Origin: Saprolegnia diclina VS20
Taxonomy: Eukaryota
Length of the DNA stretch: 51,342 bases
Direction of reading: 5' to 3'
Assembly: GCF_000281045.1 (NCBI RefSeq)
Contig: NW_008246089.1
Coordinates: 108,813 to 160,154 of the forward strand
Notes under the pieces: generated by a model
Database searches by the model: none
The model's input: only the letters and a program-made list of their open reading frames with translations
Told to the model about the DNA's origin: nothing
Made by a program: the position numbers and the translations under genes
Shown here: in pieces, positions 1-11,602 of the stretch
How the letters are laid out: each line of letters starts with the position of its first letter
Position numbering within the stretch: position 1 is the first letter of the stretch

Positions 1-669
1 AGCAGCACCGTCCAAAGTAAGTTATGCTGCAGAAGGGTCGGCTGAAGGCTTTTAGTTTTTTTCTCTTTTCGCATGTGTGTGTGGCTCGCTTTGAAGGAAT
101 GGCTTGCTGTATATTTTTATTGCCCACAATTGTGATTTGTATGTGATATTATTCTTAAAGTCAAAAGGCAAGATCCTCAACCAACACTGGCTTGACGATG
201 AACCTTGATGTCCTGGTCGGCGACGTCGGATTCGGCGTCGAGCTTGATTGTGAGAGGCCCGAGTCCAACGCGCGTGGTGGCTCGCCAAAGCAAGGCATTA
301 CACCCTCGGCGCACGATGCTCAAGCTTCTTGGCGATTAGCATGGCAACACGCAGCCGTTTCTGAACGACGCCCACGAGTTGATTCGGTCCACGCCTGCAC
401 GCAAGGAAGCTACTGCATGGCAATTGATTGCCCGATCAATGTTCCAGGAAGGGCAGCCCCAGTTGACAAAGTTCCACCTGATCTTCGGGCGGCCAGCAAG
501 GACAATGACGTATCGAGATCGCCATGGGCTGGACCAGCCCCACCTTGGTGGCCTGCCTTTTCCGGGTGCATTCATTCAGACGAAAGAGGTAGACTCGAAT
601 TACGCACAAGTTAGCATCCAGTTGAGACGCGCACATCTCGCCCTTGAATGGCAACTGTGACGTACGACC

Positions 670-2678
670 TCACGTACTAGTCGGTGGCGGCGGCAGATGC
701 GGCTGGGCCATTTCCTGGCGCAACTTGGTCGTCCAAATCTCATGGCGCGCCGACACGACATGCGGATTCGAGACCTTTCGCTGGTTCACCGAGATACCAC
801 GCAGGGTGGCCGTGATCGTGTGACCCGCTTTTGGTGGCGCCACGTCACGAGGGAGGATGCGCATTGGCTGTTGCAGCAGGTCTTTCCGGACGTCTTCAAT
901 GACCTTTTTGCCTCTCGGTGACAAGACGAGACCAACGTCGAGCGCGTCGACGTGCGGCGGCACGAGCTCCACCGATGACGCGTCGTCCTCGTGGTACTCG
1001 CCAGCGATGACGCGGAGGCGGCCTACGAGCTGGAGGTCGGGCTTGACGCTTTCGTACGACGGCGCGTTCGCGACGGGAAAGTCGCGCTGCTCGATGCGCA
1101 GCGGCTTGTGCTCGTGCCACGCGCTTAGAAACGCGACGGGCGGGAGCGTCTGCCGCTGGAGGGCTAAGAACTCGTCGGCCCAAGCGATCTGCTGCACTTG
1201 GCGGGAGAGCTCGAGCTCTTCGCACCGAAGGACGCGGAGCTTGGCGCTGGTCTCGGCTTCTAGCGTGGTCAGGGCCGCGTCGAGTGTACTTCGGAGCAGC
1301 TTCTCGACAGCGTCGCGGTTGCGCTTGACGTCGTTGGCGCGCTCGGTAATGTGGCCAAGCCGCGTCCCAATGAGCATCTTGCGCGACTCGACGAGCGGGT
1401 CGACTTTGCTCGACTCTTTCAAGCTCTGCTCGTATGCGTCCGGGATACTGATGAGGCGGTGGAGCCCCTTCTCGCCGCACGAGTGGTCGCCAACCATCTT
1501 GCAGTTGACACAGACTGGCACGGCGCAGACGGGGCAGTAAAACTCGACGTGCTTGGTGTCGTGCTACAACTCGTCGTTCAGAGATGGGACATCGCAGACA
1601 CGCCAGTCATACCAGACGACAGGGCACGGGCGGCACAAGTGCGTTCTGACCAACGTACGTCGTCGGTCGCGCGGCGTCAATCGACAACGGCGTGCGCGCA
1701 TGGCGACTCATGAGCTTGTTGGCGGCGTGCGTATCGTGGTCGCAGGCCGCGCAGAGCTCGGCTTCGCAGCAACGGCACGCGACAGCGGCCGGAAGCAGCT
1801 CGCAGAGCGCGCAGAGTCGCTGGCGCAGCTTGGGATCCATCCACTGGTAGCCAAAGCGCACGAGGTATTGCGGCAAGATCTAGTCGACCGTCATTGAGAG
1901 CTCGTCCGAGTGGCTCGAACGTCGCACCTGCTGCGTGTTGGTCACAATGTACTCGTGGCAATAGCCCGTTGTGCGCGGCGCCTTGGACACAATGTAATAG
2001 CTGTCGTAGCCGGGTGGCAGCGGCTGCGCGGCCATCGCCTCGTCGTCAATGACCATGGACCGTCCGGTGGCAACCTTGCAGAGCACATATTGCTTCTTGC
2101 CTAAGGGTACAGCCGAGTGGACAAACGTGACCAACGTACGTCATGTACCTTTCTTTCCTGGCTGGTCCATGGTGATGTTGCCGGTCGTGAGCTTCATCGC
2201 ATGCGACGCTTCGTACGGCGCGTGGAAGCCGTACGAGTAGACTTGCTCGATCGACGGCCCGAGGTCCTCGACCGCGACCCACGAGTCGAGCTCAAGCAAA
2301 CCACCAGTCGCTTGCTCATACTGCGCCGAGAGGGACGGGTTTTGCATGTCCCAAATCATCACGTCGTCGTCGGGCACGCGGTACCCCGGCAGTGACGCCT
2401 GCAGGAGGTACCGGACGCGCTGGAACTCCTTTGTGAGCGGGTTGAGGGCCGTGACCGTCGCGACTAAGAGCTTACTCGAGCAACCTCGTGACGTGTAGAA
2501 TGATACCCGAGTCGGACGACGGCGACGCGAGGGTCTGACGGCGCGGACTCTCGGGGCGGACGCTGTCGTCCGCCGGCGGTGCACCCGGCGCCTCGTCGTC
2601 GGGCGGCGGCGGCGGCACCGCGTGAGGCGCGAGGAAGAGGCGCAGTCGCGACAGCGAGACGTTCGGGCCCGACGCCAT
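670..2678 (-). CDS. PARP/ART-like domain + two B-box zinc fingers + coiled coil protein (multi-exon)
   Basis: Spliced ORFs give EFQRVRYLLQ...YVLCKVATGR...PPGYDSYY...HEYIVTNTQQ|LPQYLVRF (PARP catalytic C-terminal pattern), CALCELLPAAVACRCCEAELCAACDHDTH and EFYCPVCAVPVCVNCKMVGDH (B-boxes), then a helical region. ATG at 2678; short GT-AG introns. Confidence 0.75.
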
Positions 2679-3158
2679 GATGTTCGTGTCGACGGAAGCT
2701 ATGGGTTTCGAAACGGAATCGAGCCGCCAACCGCTGTCTCCGAACACTGTATTTTACAGTGTTTTTATCGGTGCCACACAACGACAAGGCTCGTAGTAGA
2801 AACCAGCGTGGTCTGAATCGAAAGACCGGTCTAGAGCTTGCTCAAAAGCTGCGTAGGAGGCTGGTGAGCGTCACCACCACATTCGGTGACCCGTGTTCCA
2901 GTCACGGGTCGTGGACGACCACTTTGTCACTTTTCACCAAGAGACCCATGGAAGCGCCGGCGGATGCGCGATCGGGTGCAAGGCTACGAGCACCTCCGAC
3001 GTCGACCTGCAGCGCAACAGCATGGCCATCTTTGCTGCATTGCTTGGCAATCGCGGTAGAGAGCAGAGGGTGGGGCGTGACACGAAGCAGCTGGGCAATA
3101 CTCTGTCGGTCTTCTACAGCAGTCATTTTTGGACGCGGTTCGTGCCCATCGACTCTGT

Positions 3159-5476
3159 ATGACGGGCGTCCGCTACGGTACGACGCGCTCTCGATTCGGC
3201 TCTTCCTACGCTTCTTGTTCCCTTGTCTAGATGTCAAGGCCATGGAGATGCAACTGCCGCCCGTCTCGAACGCGTTCCACTGCTCCGCGTACAAGATGGC
3301 CATGAGCCACCGCCGCGAGAAAAACTCGCTGTTCCAGCGGACGCTCATTGGCATGGACGGCCTGTATGAAGTCACGTTTTACGAACGAGATCTCGGTCTC
3401 CGCCTCGACGTCAGCGCTAACGGCGACATCACTGTGCACACGATCAAGGCGACGCCGGCGCTGCCGCCCAAGTCGACCCGCAGCGTAACGACGACGACGA
3501 CGACGCCGCGACCGCCAACGTCGAACGCCGATCTGCTTGTGCCTGGCGACGTTCTTGTGGCGGTCGGCTGCATCGGTGTCCGCCACAGCGACAAGGTGTC
3601 GCTGACGGAAGTCGCCGAGCTCATCCAGGTCCAAGCCCGGCCGATCCGGCTCGTCTTCGAGTCGCAGGTCGCACGCACGCTCCAGCTCCAGCTCCAAGAG
3701 ACACTGAGTCGGCTCGTGTTTTCGCCGCTGCTATCCGCGCACTTTGACGTTGGCGCGTCGACGCGCGACCTTGTCTTCCAGACGTCGCTCGAGATGGTCG
3801 TCGACTTTAGCTACAGTCTCTACGCGTGGTTTGACCCGCTCCGTGTCGTGCACGTTGTCCTCTTTGATGACGTACTCCTCGTCACCGAGGCCAAAGACAA
3901 GGGCAAATCGCGCTCCAAGCTCGTGGTCAAGCACCTCTTTCCGCTTCAACTGCTCCATGTGCGGGATCTCATGGCGTCGACCGACTACATCCCGTCAAGT
4001 TTCGAGCTCGTGCACCCGAGCAAGACGTTTACGTTCATTGCGCGCGACGAACGCGCGAAGAAGGAAGCGCTGGATGCGCTTGGGATGGCACTCGCGCTCG
4101 CGTCCAACGCCAACCCGAGCGCGCGCGGGTGGCAGTACCAGTTTTCCACCGGCTCGTTGCACCAGTGCGCGCTCCAAGGCAACCTCAAAAGCATCGAGCT
4201 CCTTGCCTCGCGCCGCGCCGACTTCGACGAGCAGGACGTCAACGGGTGGACGCCACTTTTTTACGCTGCGGTGCGCAACCACGTCAAGGTCGTTCGGCTC
4301 CTCGCGCGTCTTGGCGCCAACGTCAACGTCGTCGACGAGTTTGGTCTTGGCGCGCTCCATTATGCGTGCTTGTACCAGTGCCCATCGAGCGTCGACGCCC
4401 TTTTGCAGGCCGGTGCCTCCACCAACGCGCGCGACGTGTATGGTCGAAGCCCGCTCTTCCTCTGCGCCATCAACGAAGACCCGCTGCTGGCGTCGCCGCT
4501 GCCGGTGGACACGCGGGCCATGAAGCTGTGCATGGAGCTGCTGATGGCGGCGGGCGTGACGCTCGAGTCAACCGACGACGAAGGACTCTCGGCCCTCGAG
4601 CACAATTTGTGCGTGGACGTGGCCAAGTGCCGCGTCCTCCTCGACGTCGGCATGCGTCTCGATACGCTGTACGAAGGTGCTAACAGCATCTTGCATTTGG
4701 CTTGCGACAGCGCGAGCATGACGGTCAGCTACGACTTGCTCTCGCTCCTGCTCGAGTACGGCGCGCAGCCCAACGCAGTCAATGCCGATGGCAACACGCC
4801 GCTGCACTTGCTCTGCCTCCAGTACATTGCCGATAGAGATGCTGCGCAGTTTCGAATCGACGCCGTCGTCGTGCGCGCGATGGAGCTGCTGGTCGCGCAC
4901 GGTGCGCGCTTCAACTTGACGAATGCCATCGGCGCCAGTGTCGAGATGCTCCTCGAGGCCCACCAGATTCCGATGAAAATCGGAAAGGCGCTCGTGCTCT
5001 GGCAGAGCAAGCGGCGCATTCTGGCGTCGCCCCGCGTCCTGTCGCGCGCCGACGGGCCCAAGCAAGAGCAGATCGTGTTGATGCAGATGCCCACACCAGT
5101 GGCGCCGCCAACTCAATGCGGCATCTGCCACTGGCAGTGCGAGTGGACACCGTCCTCGAGCTTCTTTGAGGTGAGCGGGTCGGCGCCGCGATGGGAGGCG
5201 CCGAGCACGCGCCTCATCGGGCTCTACAACTGCTCGGTGTGCTTGACGCCGGTCTGCGGACTCTGCTCGCTCAAGCACCTCGGCGTGTACCACGTGCATG
5301 ATTCCAACTACCTCGACTTACCACCGTCGCTGCAGACCAAGCCTGTTTGCGACGGCTGCTACAATTTTGCATTTTACGACTTGGCGCGCGAAGTGGCGGC
5401 GTCCAAGATCGAGACGCCGCTGTCGTCCCGCCGTCGACCGCGCACGCGATCGCTCCAAGGACTCCGCCTCTTGTAG
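3159..5476 (+). CDS. PDZ-like, PH-like, ankyrin-repeat and FYVE-like zinc finger protein
   Basis: YEVTFYERDLGLRL...PGDVLVAVG (PDZ), VVLFDDVLLV...SFELVHPSKTFTF (PH), GWTPLFYAA/GRSPLF/GNTPLHL (ankyrin), CGIC...CSVC...CGLC...CDGC (FYVE-like). Start inferred at ATG 3159 after INR-like GTCATTTTT (3122), with an intron at 3178-3230 restoring frame. Confidence 0.8.
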
Positions 5477-5591
5477 TCTGAGCAACAAAGCCTTCCATTC
5501 TTCTATCTCCACCGTCCGAGCCAGTCGAATCGAAATGGTGTACGAGACCTTTGCACTAAACTAGCTTTATGGTCACTGCGCTCTGCGAACG

Positions 5592-8213
5592 TTATGCATA
5601 CTTGATGTGCGGTGGCGGGTCAGCCTCGACGAGGCGGCGCAGGCGACTGTGGAGATCACCGTCGAGGAACCCGAGTAGCCGCCGCGCGCAGTGCACTCCG
5701 TCCTTGTTGGCGGCGCCGAAATCCACCTTGTGCCACTCGCAGATCTTGGGCAATGTGATGACGCGCGTCTCGTCATCGACGCGAATCGCGTCCTGGAGGT
5801 AGCGTCCCATGGCCGCGTTGAGCTGCTCGTGCACATAGTCGCCGTCAAAGAACGTGACCAGCGGCTCGAGCACGTGCAGCACAAACGAGATGCGAAAGTC
5901 CGGGTGCTGGACGCCGTACGACGCTTGGAGGGCGCGCATGCTCGCTGCAATCGTCTTGTGCCACGGCGGCGCCAAGACGGACGGCGGCAACTTTGCGCGC
6001 AGAATTGCGTGCTCCATGTCGGCCAGCGACAGCTCGAGCGGCCCGATCGCGTAGCACACACGTCGACTGAACGGCAGCCACTGCTTGGGCGGTCCGAACG
6101 CGACCTTGGCGTGCCACAGAAGTGCTTGGTAGACGTTGAGATAAAAGCACAGCCGGTCCTCGTACCGCTCCAAGCGACGCAGCTCGACGCTGCGCAGCGC
6201 GCACGCGGCGTCCAAAAAGTCGGACACCTTGTCGGCGAGCGTCGCCGCGTCCTTGCGGACAACGATGCTATCGTCAAGGAGCATGTTGAGCTTGATCGCG
6301 GCCTCGAGGACGCGCTCGATGGCGCTCGTCGGGTCGGGCTCGCAGCTTGGAAAGAGCGCTCGGGCGTTGAGCACGGAGCGCGTCGAGCCGTCGGGCTGGG
6401 CGTACGTGGTGTGGATGGCCCACATGGCTTGGAGGTCGTCGAGGCACAGTGGCGGCGGCGTCGGCGGCTTGTGCACGTGCAGATGCTTGAGGCACTCGGC
6501 GACCGCGTGGGCACTCGGGACTGCAAAATACAGTGTTTCATACAGCGTTTGGACCACAAACGTGTGGTCGAGGCCGGGGCACCACGTACATGCGGTGGCG
6601 CCAACCACGACGTTGATGGGGATGCTGCGCACGGGCGATTTGGACTGCGAGCGGTACAAGTGCAGCCCGTCTTGCGTAAGCACGACGAATTCCTGGCGCA
6701 GAAACGTGCTGGAAATCGCGCGGAACGTTTCTTGCTGGAAGACCATGTGCTGCCGGTGTTGGTTGCGGATGCGGACGCCGAGCCGCGTCGCCGAGGACGG
6801 TGGCCAGAGCAACGGTTGTGCCGCGACGACCGTCGACGACGCAGCGGCGTCATCCAAGGCGCGTCGCTGGTGCTCGATCGCCGTGTACCGGCCCAGGCGA
6901 GATCGGACATGCAAGGGCGTCGGCGCCGACGGCCGCCACGCCGCCGAGTGCACTGTCTGCAGGGCGAGCGTCTCGGCCACCGCCACGAGGTACACGACAC
7001 AGCGTTTTCGCAAGGCAAAATCGACCATCTCGAGCCAGTACGGCACGCCGACAATGGCCGTCGCGGTCGCGGGCGGTGGCTCCACGAGAAGTGGCTCGTC
7101 GTCGCTGTTGTCGACGGCGGTGGCCGACGGCAGGAGCGTCGCGCGGCTGTGTCGACGCACGTCCGGCGTCGTGTAGGCAACCGAGAAGCAGAATACATAG
7201 TCTTTGGCGTGCTTATCGTGGCGATTTTTGGCCGCGACGACGTCGTAGCACACAAGGCGCAGCGGGTGGCCCTCGAAGAACGTGGTTAGCGCCACGTCCT
7301 TCATGCCCGGGAGGTTGATGATGGTCCACTGCGTCAAGTCGACATACATGGTGTGGAAGTGGAACGTGTAAATGGCGTCGAGGTCGTAGACTTCGGTGCC
7401 ACACGGCGTCTTCATGCGACCGAGATGCTCGGCTTTGGACTCGCCAAAGGCTTCTTGGCCGAGGACAGGCGGCGTCTCGCCAGGCGGTGTGATGACCATC
7501 TCGTCGACCGATTGATAGAGCGGAAAAACGCAGTGCGGCAGCTCATTTGCGTCGCCAAACGCGTAGTGCACGGCCTTGACGAGCGTCTGGATGATGCTCA
7601 TGATGACGCTCGCGAGGCTGCGCGTAAAGAAGCCGAGCGAGATGCGGTCCGGGAGCTCGCCACCGAGGTACACGACGCCGCGCGGCTGCCGCTTGAAGCG
7701 ACCTTGCACTTGGATCCAGAACATGCGCTTGCGCTTGTCAAAGAGGTGGTGCCACGTCGCATTCGGCGGGTCCGTCTTGACGAGAAAGTACACGTGGCCC
7801 ACAAAGAGATCGTTCTCGAATGGCACAGGCGCCGTCGAGTTCATGCCGATGTGCACGTCGCTGCCCGAGCCGACCTCGTCCGTCACACGTAGCATGTGCA
7901 AGCAGTCGGCGTCCGCGGCCGACGACCGCCGGCGGTCCATGGCGTCGCTCGCGCTTGGTGGCATCGCATCCACATTGTCGTCGTCCTCGTTGTCCACGTC
8001 GCTTGAAGACGTCGTGTCGCTTGGTGCGGGGCTGTGCCGGCGTGGCGGCGGCGGTGGCGGTATCGCCGCGCGGCCGCCTCGGAACAAGACGCCCAGAGAG
8101 AGCAGTGCTGGCAGAAGCGTCAAGCCATGGGCCAGGCCATAGACGTAGAGGCTCACGGCGGCAAGGGCGGCGAGAACCACGACCTCGGGCCTCGTCACGC
8201 CATGGCGACCCAT
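5592..8213 (-). CDS. DUF1769 + PH-like + DUF547 domain protein with N-terminal hydrophobic segment
   Basis: PVPFENDLFVG, FDKRKRMFWIQVQGRFK, YTFHFHTMYVDLTQW (DUF1769); RLCFYLNVYQALLWH, LSLADMEHAILR, PDFRISFVL, LPKICEWHKVDF (DUF547). Start probably 8213 (INR-like CTTCATTTT just upstream) rather than 8276; a short terminal exon near 5500 is possible. Confidence 0.75.
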   Translation of the reverse strand: MGRHGVTRPEVVVLAALAAVSLYVYGLAHGLTLLPALLSLGVLFRGGRAAIPPPPPPRRHSPAPSDTTSSSDVDNEDDDNVDAMPPSASDAMDRRRSSAADADCLHMLRVTDEVGSGSDVHIGMNSTAPVPFENDLFVGHVYFLVKTDPPNATWHHLFDKRKRMFWIQVQGRFKRQPRGVVYLGGELPDRISLGFFTRSLASVIMSIIQTLVKAVHYAFGDANELPHCVFPLYQSVDEMVITPPGETPPVLGQEAFGESKAEHLGRMKTPCGTEVYDLDAIYTFHFHTMYVDLTQWTIINLPGMKDVALTTFFEGHPLRLVCYDVVAAKNRHDKHAKDYVFCFSVAYTTPDVRRHSRATLLPSATAVDNSDDEPLLVEPPPATATAIVGVPYWLEMVDFALRKRCVVYLVAVAETLALQTVHSAAWRPSAPTPLHVRSRLGRYTAIEHQRRALDDAAASSTVVAAQPLLWPPSSATRLGVRIRNQHRQHMVFQQETFRAISSTFLRQEFVVLTQDGLHLYRSQSKSPVRSIPINVVVGATACTWCPGLDHTFVVQTLYETLYFAVPSAHAVAECLKHLHVHKPPTPPPLCLDDLQAMWAIHTTYAQPDGSTRSVLNARALFPSCEPDPTSAIERVLEAAIKLNMLLDDSIVVRKDAATLADKVSDFLDAACALRSVELRRLERYEDRLCFYLNVYQALLWHAKVAFGPPKQWLPFSRRVCYAIGPLELSLADMEHAILRAKLPPSVLAPPWHKTIAASMRALQASYGVQHPDFRISFVLHVLEPLVTFFDGDYVHEQLNAAMGRYLQDAIRVDDETRVITLPKICEWHKVDFGAANKDGVHCARRLLGFLDGDLHSRLRRLVEADPPPHIKYA

Positions 8214-8341
8214 GCGCACGCCAAATAAAATGAAGCGAGCACCATACAAACATTCCGATACACTGTATGCAGCCATGGGCCAATTTTAAAAAATAAAAAG
8301 GGTGGCAACTTCAAGTCGGTATCTTTGACGAGGCGACGAGG

Positions 8342-10133
8342 ATGGCGCTGCCGCGGTACTACCACCTGCGCGACCCGATCGAGCACCTCGTGGTGCATGT
8401 CACGTTGCGCAAGGTGCTCGCGCTCTCGACCGAGGAGGGTCATCACTCAGCGGCGTAGGTGACCGAGGGCGACGCCAGCCGCATGACCCGGGACGAGTGG
8501 ACGCGCTCATTCCAGTGGCAAGAAAAGGTGTTTAGCCCCGCGTACGCCCGCGCTCGCCCAAGTGGATGTGTCTCATGCTATAGGTAGCGAGTTTTGCCGC
8601 TTCAACACCCGAGCAACGGGCGACGTGGTCGTCCAGAGCGCCAAGGCCGCGTCGGCACTCGAGGTCGTTGCGAGATGCCATCAACGGCTGAGGTCCGACT
8701 AGGTCGAGTACAAACACATCATTGCGCAGCGCCAAGAGGCGAACGAAGAGATCCTCGATCGCACCGCCGAGGCGGTCCTCTTTAGCTACACGGACCGCGA
8801 CAACTATGTGCCCAGCACGGTACCCGCGACTTTGCACTCTCTCAAGCGAAATGTATTGTCTTAGGAGACAGCGCGGGCCGTGTCAACCTCGAAGGAGCCA
8901 CTGAGCGATATGGCGCTGGCCGCGATAGCACTGCAGCGCCACGCGCCGTCGACCCACGCCGCGACGCGCGAAGTGGCCTTCAAGACCATGTACCTCATGG
9001 CATCACTGGACATTCCTTCCGACCTCTACAAGCGCAAGAAGAAACTCAAGCAGATCCGCGATCTCGACGACCACGTGCTCTGTGAGCTGCGCTACTACCC
9101 GCGCGCCCGCCTACTCGTCTGCCGTCCTGGCTTTTCGCAGGACACCAAAGGCGCTGCCGACATTGTGTATCTCGAACCGTCGTCGCTGCAGTCGAAAAGA
9201 GGCAACCACTACGAGTTTGTGCTCGTGAACGCACAGAATCTGCACCCGGACGACAGCTACACGCAGCTCCAAGTGGCGCTCGAGCTCGACCGGCTCCAAG
9301 CGGCCGCCGACGACCGCGCGCGGCAGGCGTTCGAGACGCGCTGCGGCATGGCCGGTGTCGCTGTGCCAAGCTCGAGCATCGTCTCATACGTCGACGTGGT
9401 CGCGACAGCGCTCTTGACACGCGACGACGAAGGCCTTTTGCTCGGGCGTCCCATGTACATGCAATATGTGGTGTTTCTAGACAAGTCGGACGGCAAGTGG
9501 GTGGGCCCACCCGAGACGTGGGACCCGATCGACGCCCGGTTTGTGCTGCAGTCTGGCTGCACGCAACAATGTTTGCCCCGGAAGGGCGTGCTGCACTGGA
9601 GTCTTCCGCTAGAAGTGACTGTGAAGTTGGCCGCCCTCAACGACGGCCAATACATTCACCCGCCCACCGTACGCCTCTCCCTCCAGCTTCTCTGTCGAGA
9701 TGCTTGGGAGCGCCACTACGTCCAAGGCTACGGCAGCGTATGCTTGCCCACGACACCCGGGCGTTATGAAGCCATTTCGATCGAGCTCTGGCGACCTCGG
9801 CTGCCTTCGGTGGCCGCCGAGCGCCGCAACTTTTTCCTAGGCGGCGAAGGCCAACTGCAGAGTCTCTTTGACGTTCACAAAGCGTCGTTCGGACTGCAGA
9901 CAGATGGCGCTGGCTCCGTCTTGGTGCGCGCGAGTGTGTTGCACCAAAGCAGCGTCGTCGAAGCCATCACCGAATCCAAGGAGCTCCGGCTCATCAAGCG
10001 CGGCGTCGACGAGATCCTCGCCAAAGTTCGCGCCGCCAAGCCAGACCGCACCGACCGCAAGGTCTCTGCCGTGAGCTCGATCCTCGATCAACTCCGCGAG
10101 AAGCGTCTTCTACCCGCCTCGCAATCGCACTAG
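8342..10133 (+). CDS. MKS1: Meckel syndrome type 1 (B9/C2 domain) ciliary transition-zone protein
   Basis: Spliced N-terminus YHLRDPIEHLVVHVTL, FQWQEKVFSP, FSYTDRDNY, FKTMYLMA; B9 motifs SGCTQ, DAWERHYVQGYG, LPTTPG, WRP, FFLGG. Confidence 0.85.
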
Positions 10134-10297
10134 TTCATCCCTGCAAAGCTTCTACAGTTCAGAACCGGATCAAGACCACTCGAAGGGCCAGACTTTGACT
10201 CTAACGTGCGGCGCCGGCTCGCCTTGTGATCATAGCAGGGGCGTGCGCTTATGTGCGCTGTATATATAGACATGGGGATAGTTAGTAGAGAAAAACC

Positions 10298-11113
10298 CTA
10301 ATCGTCGTCGCTATCGAGGTCGTCCAACGGGTTACCCGACCGCTTCTTCATGACGCGAAAGAATTCGTCCTACACATTTGCGTGTCGGACTGCCGTAGGC
10401 CAATATGCGCACCTCGTTGATGAGACCGTCGCCGTCGCGATCGGCTTCATCGATCATTTCCTAGGCAATAATGCGTCGCTGCCCCCAATTTGAACATCTA
10501 CCTGCATCTCCTCGTCCGTGAGGTTTTCGCCGAGCTCGGAGCACACACGCTTGAGGTTCTTGAACGAAATTTTGCCCGTCTACAAGCATACGACGGTGTT
10601 GTCCATTGCATGAGGCTGCCGCCACGTACGCTGTCGTCGTCAAAGAGCTTGAAGATCTTCATCACCTCGTCCCGCGTATCCCGCGAGTTCTATTCGCCCA
10701 TTCGCCTCTATCTCTACCTCGATACGTGCGTACCATGCGGCTGGTCATCATCTCGACAAAGTTTTCAAACTCGATCGTGCCGTTCTCGTCTTTGTCAATG
10801 TCGGCGATCATCTTGCGCACCTCGGCCTTCTTGACCTGGAAGCCCAGCGCCCGCATGGCCGCCTTGAGCTCCCGCGCATCGATCGAGCCGCTCCCGTCCG
10901 TGTCAAAGAGGCTAAATGCTTCCTTGATCTCCTCCATTTGCTCCTCATCGAGCGCCTACATGTCAATGGTTTGCTGGATACAATGCAACAGCGACACCTA
11001 CCTTCTTGACGGGCTTGGTCTTCTTGCGGAGGGCGGCGCGGGACCGGGCGAAAGCCGACGTCGTTGCCTACACATGGGTCAGAGGCCATCGCGGCAGTCG
11101 CGCCACGCACCAT
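10298..11113 (-). CDS. Centrin (caltractin), EF-hand protein, multi-exon
   Basis: [35 protein letters not shown]...[25 protein letters not shown]...[12 protein letters not shown]...[22 protein letters not shown]; the ATG is immediately followed by an intron. Confidence 0.92.
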
Positions 11114-11602
11114 GCTGCTCTTGCTTTGTCCAAATCGAATCTTTCGAAGATCGCAGCGCCGTGTAGCCGAGCCATGGGACTTCAATCTTGGGCGCATTCG
11201 AATAGTCGCGTCCTCAACTGCACAATATGCTACATGGAGATGACTACTAGAGCTACGGCAAAGTGACTAATAGAGACGTACGTAATTGAGCTATTTTGTG
11301 CAAAGTGACTCGAGGGGCCCGGTTTCTAGCGCATTGTGGCGCGCCGATTGACTCGGGAGTTGTTCGTCATAAAGTTGGGAAAGGTCGTTGATTGGCTCGA
11401 CGCGCCAAAAACTGGGTTTCGAGTTTGCGTTTCTTCGGAAAAGGTTGACGTTGCCGACGCTGCAGCGTAGACGGGTCGAGACGACATTTGATTGGTGGAA
11501 AAGATCTTCGAAACGTAGCTTTTGGCCAATCGCTTGTCTGTATTGCCCATGTCCATTTTCGAGCACGTTTTTCGACTGTTCCACGAGCGAAGGCCGACGA
11601 CG

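Noticed and set aside
1..660. Several short ORFs
   Set aside because: No recognisable motif or coherent exon chain.
2759..3158. N-terminal extension of the 905-aa ORF
   Set aside because: Non-ATG start; overlaps the divergent promoter; an INR plus ATG 3159 with an intron explains the gene better.
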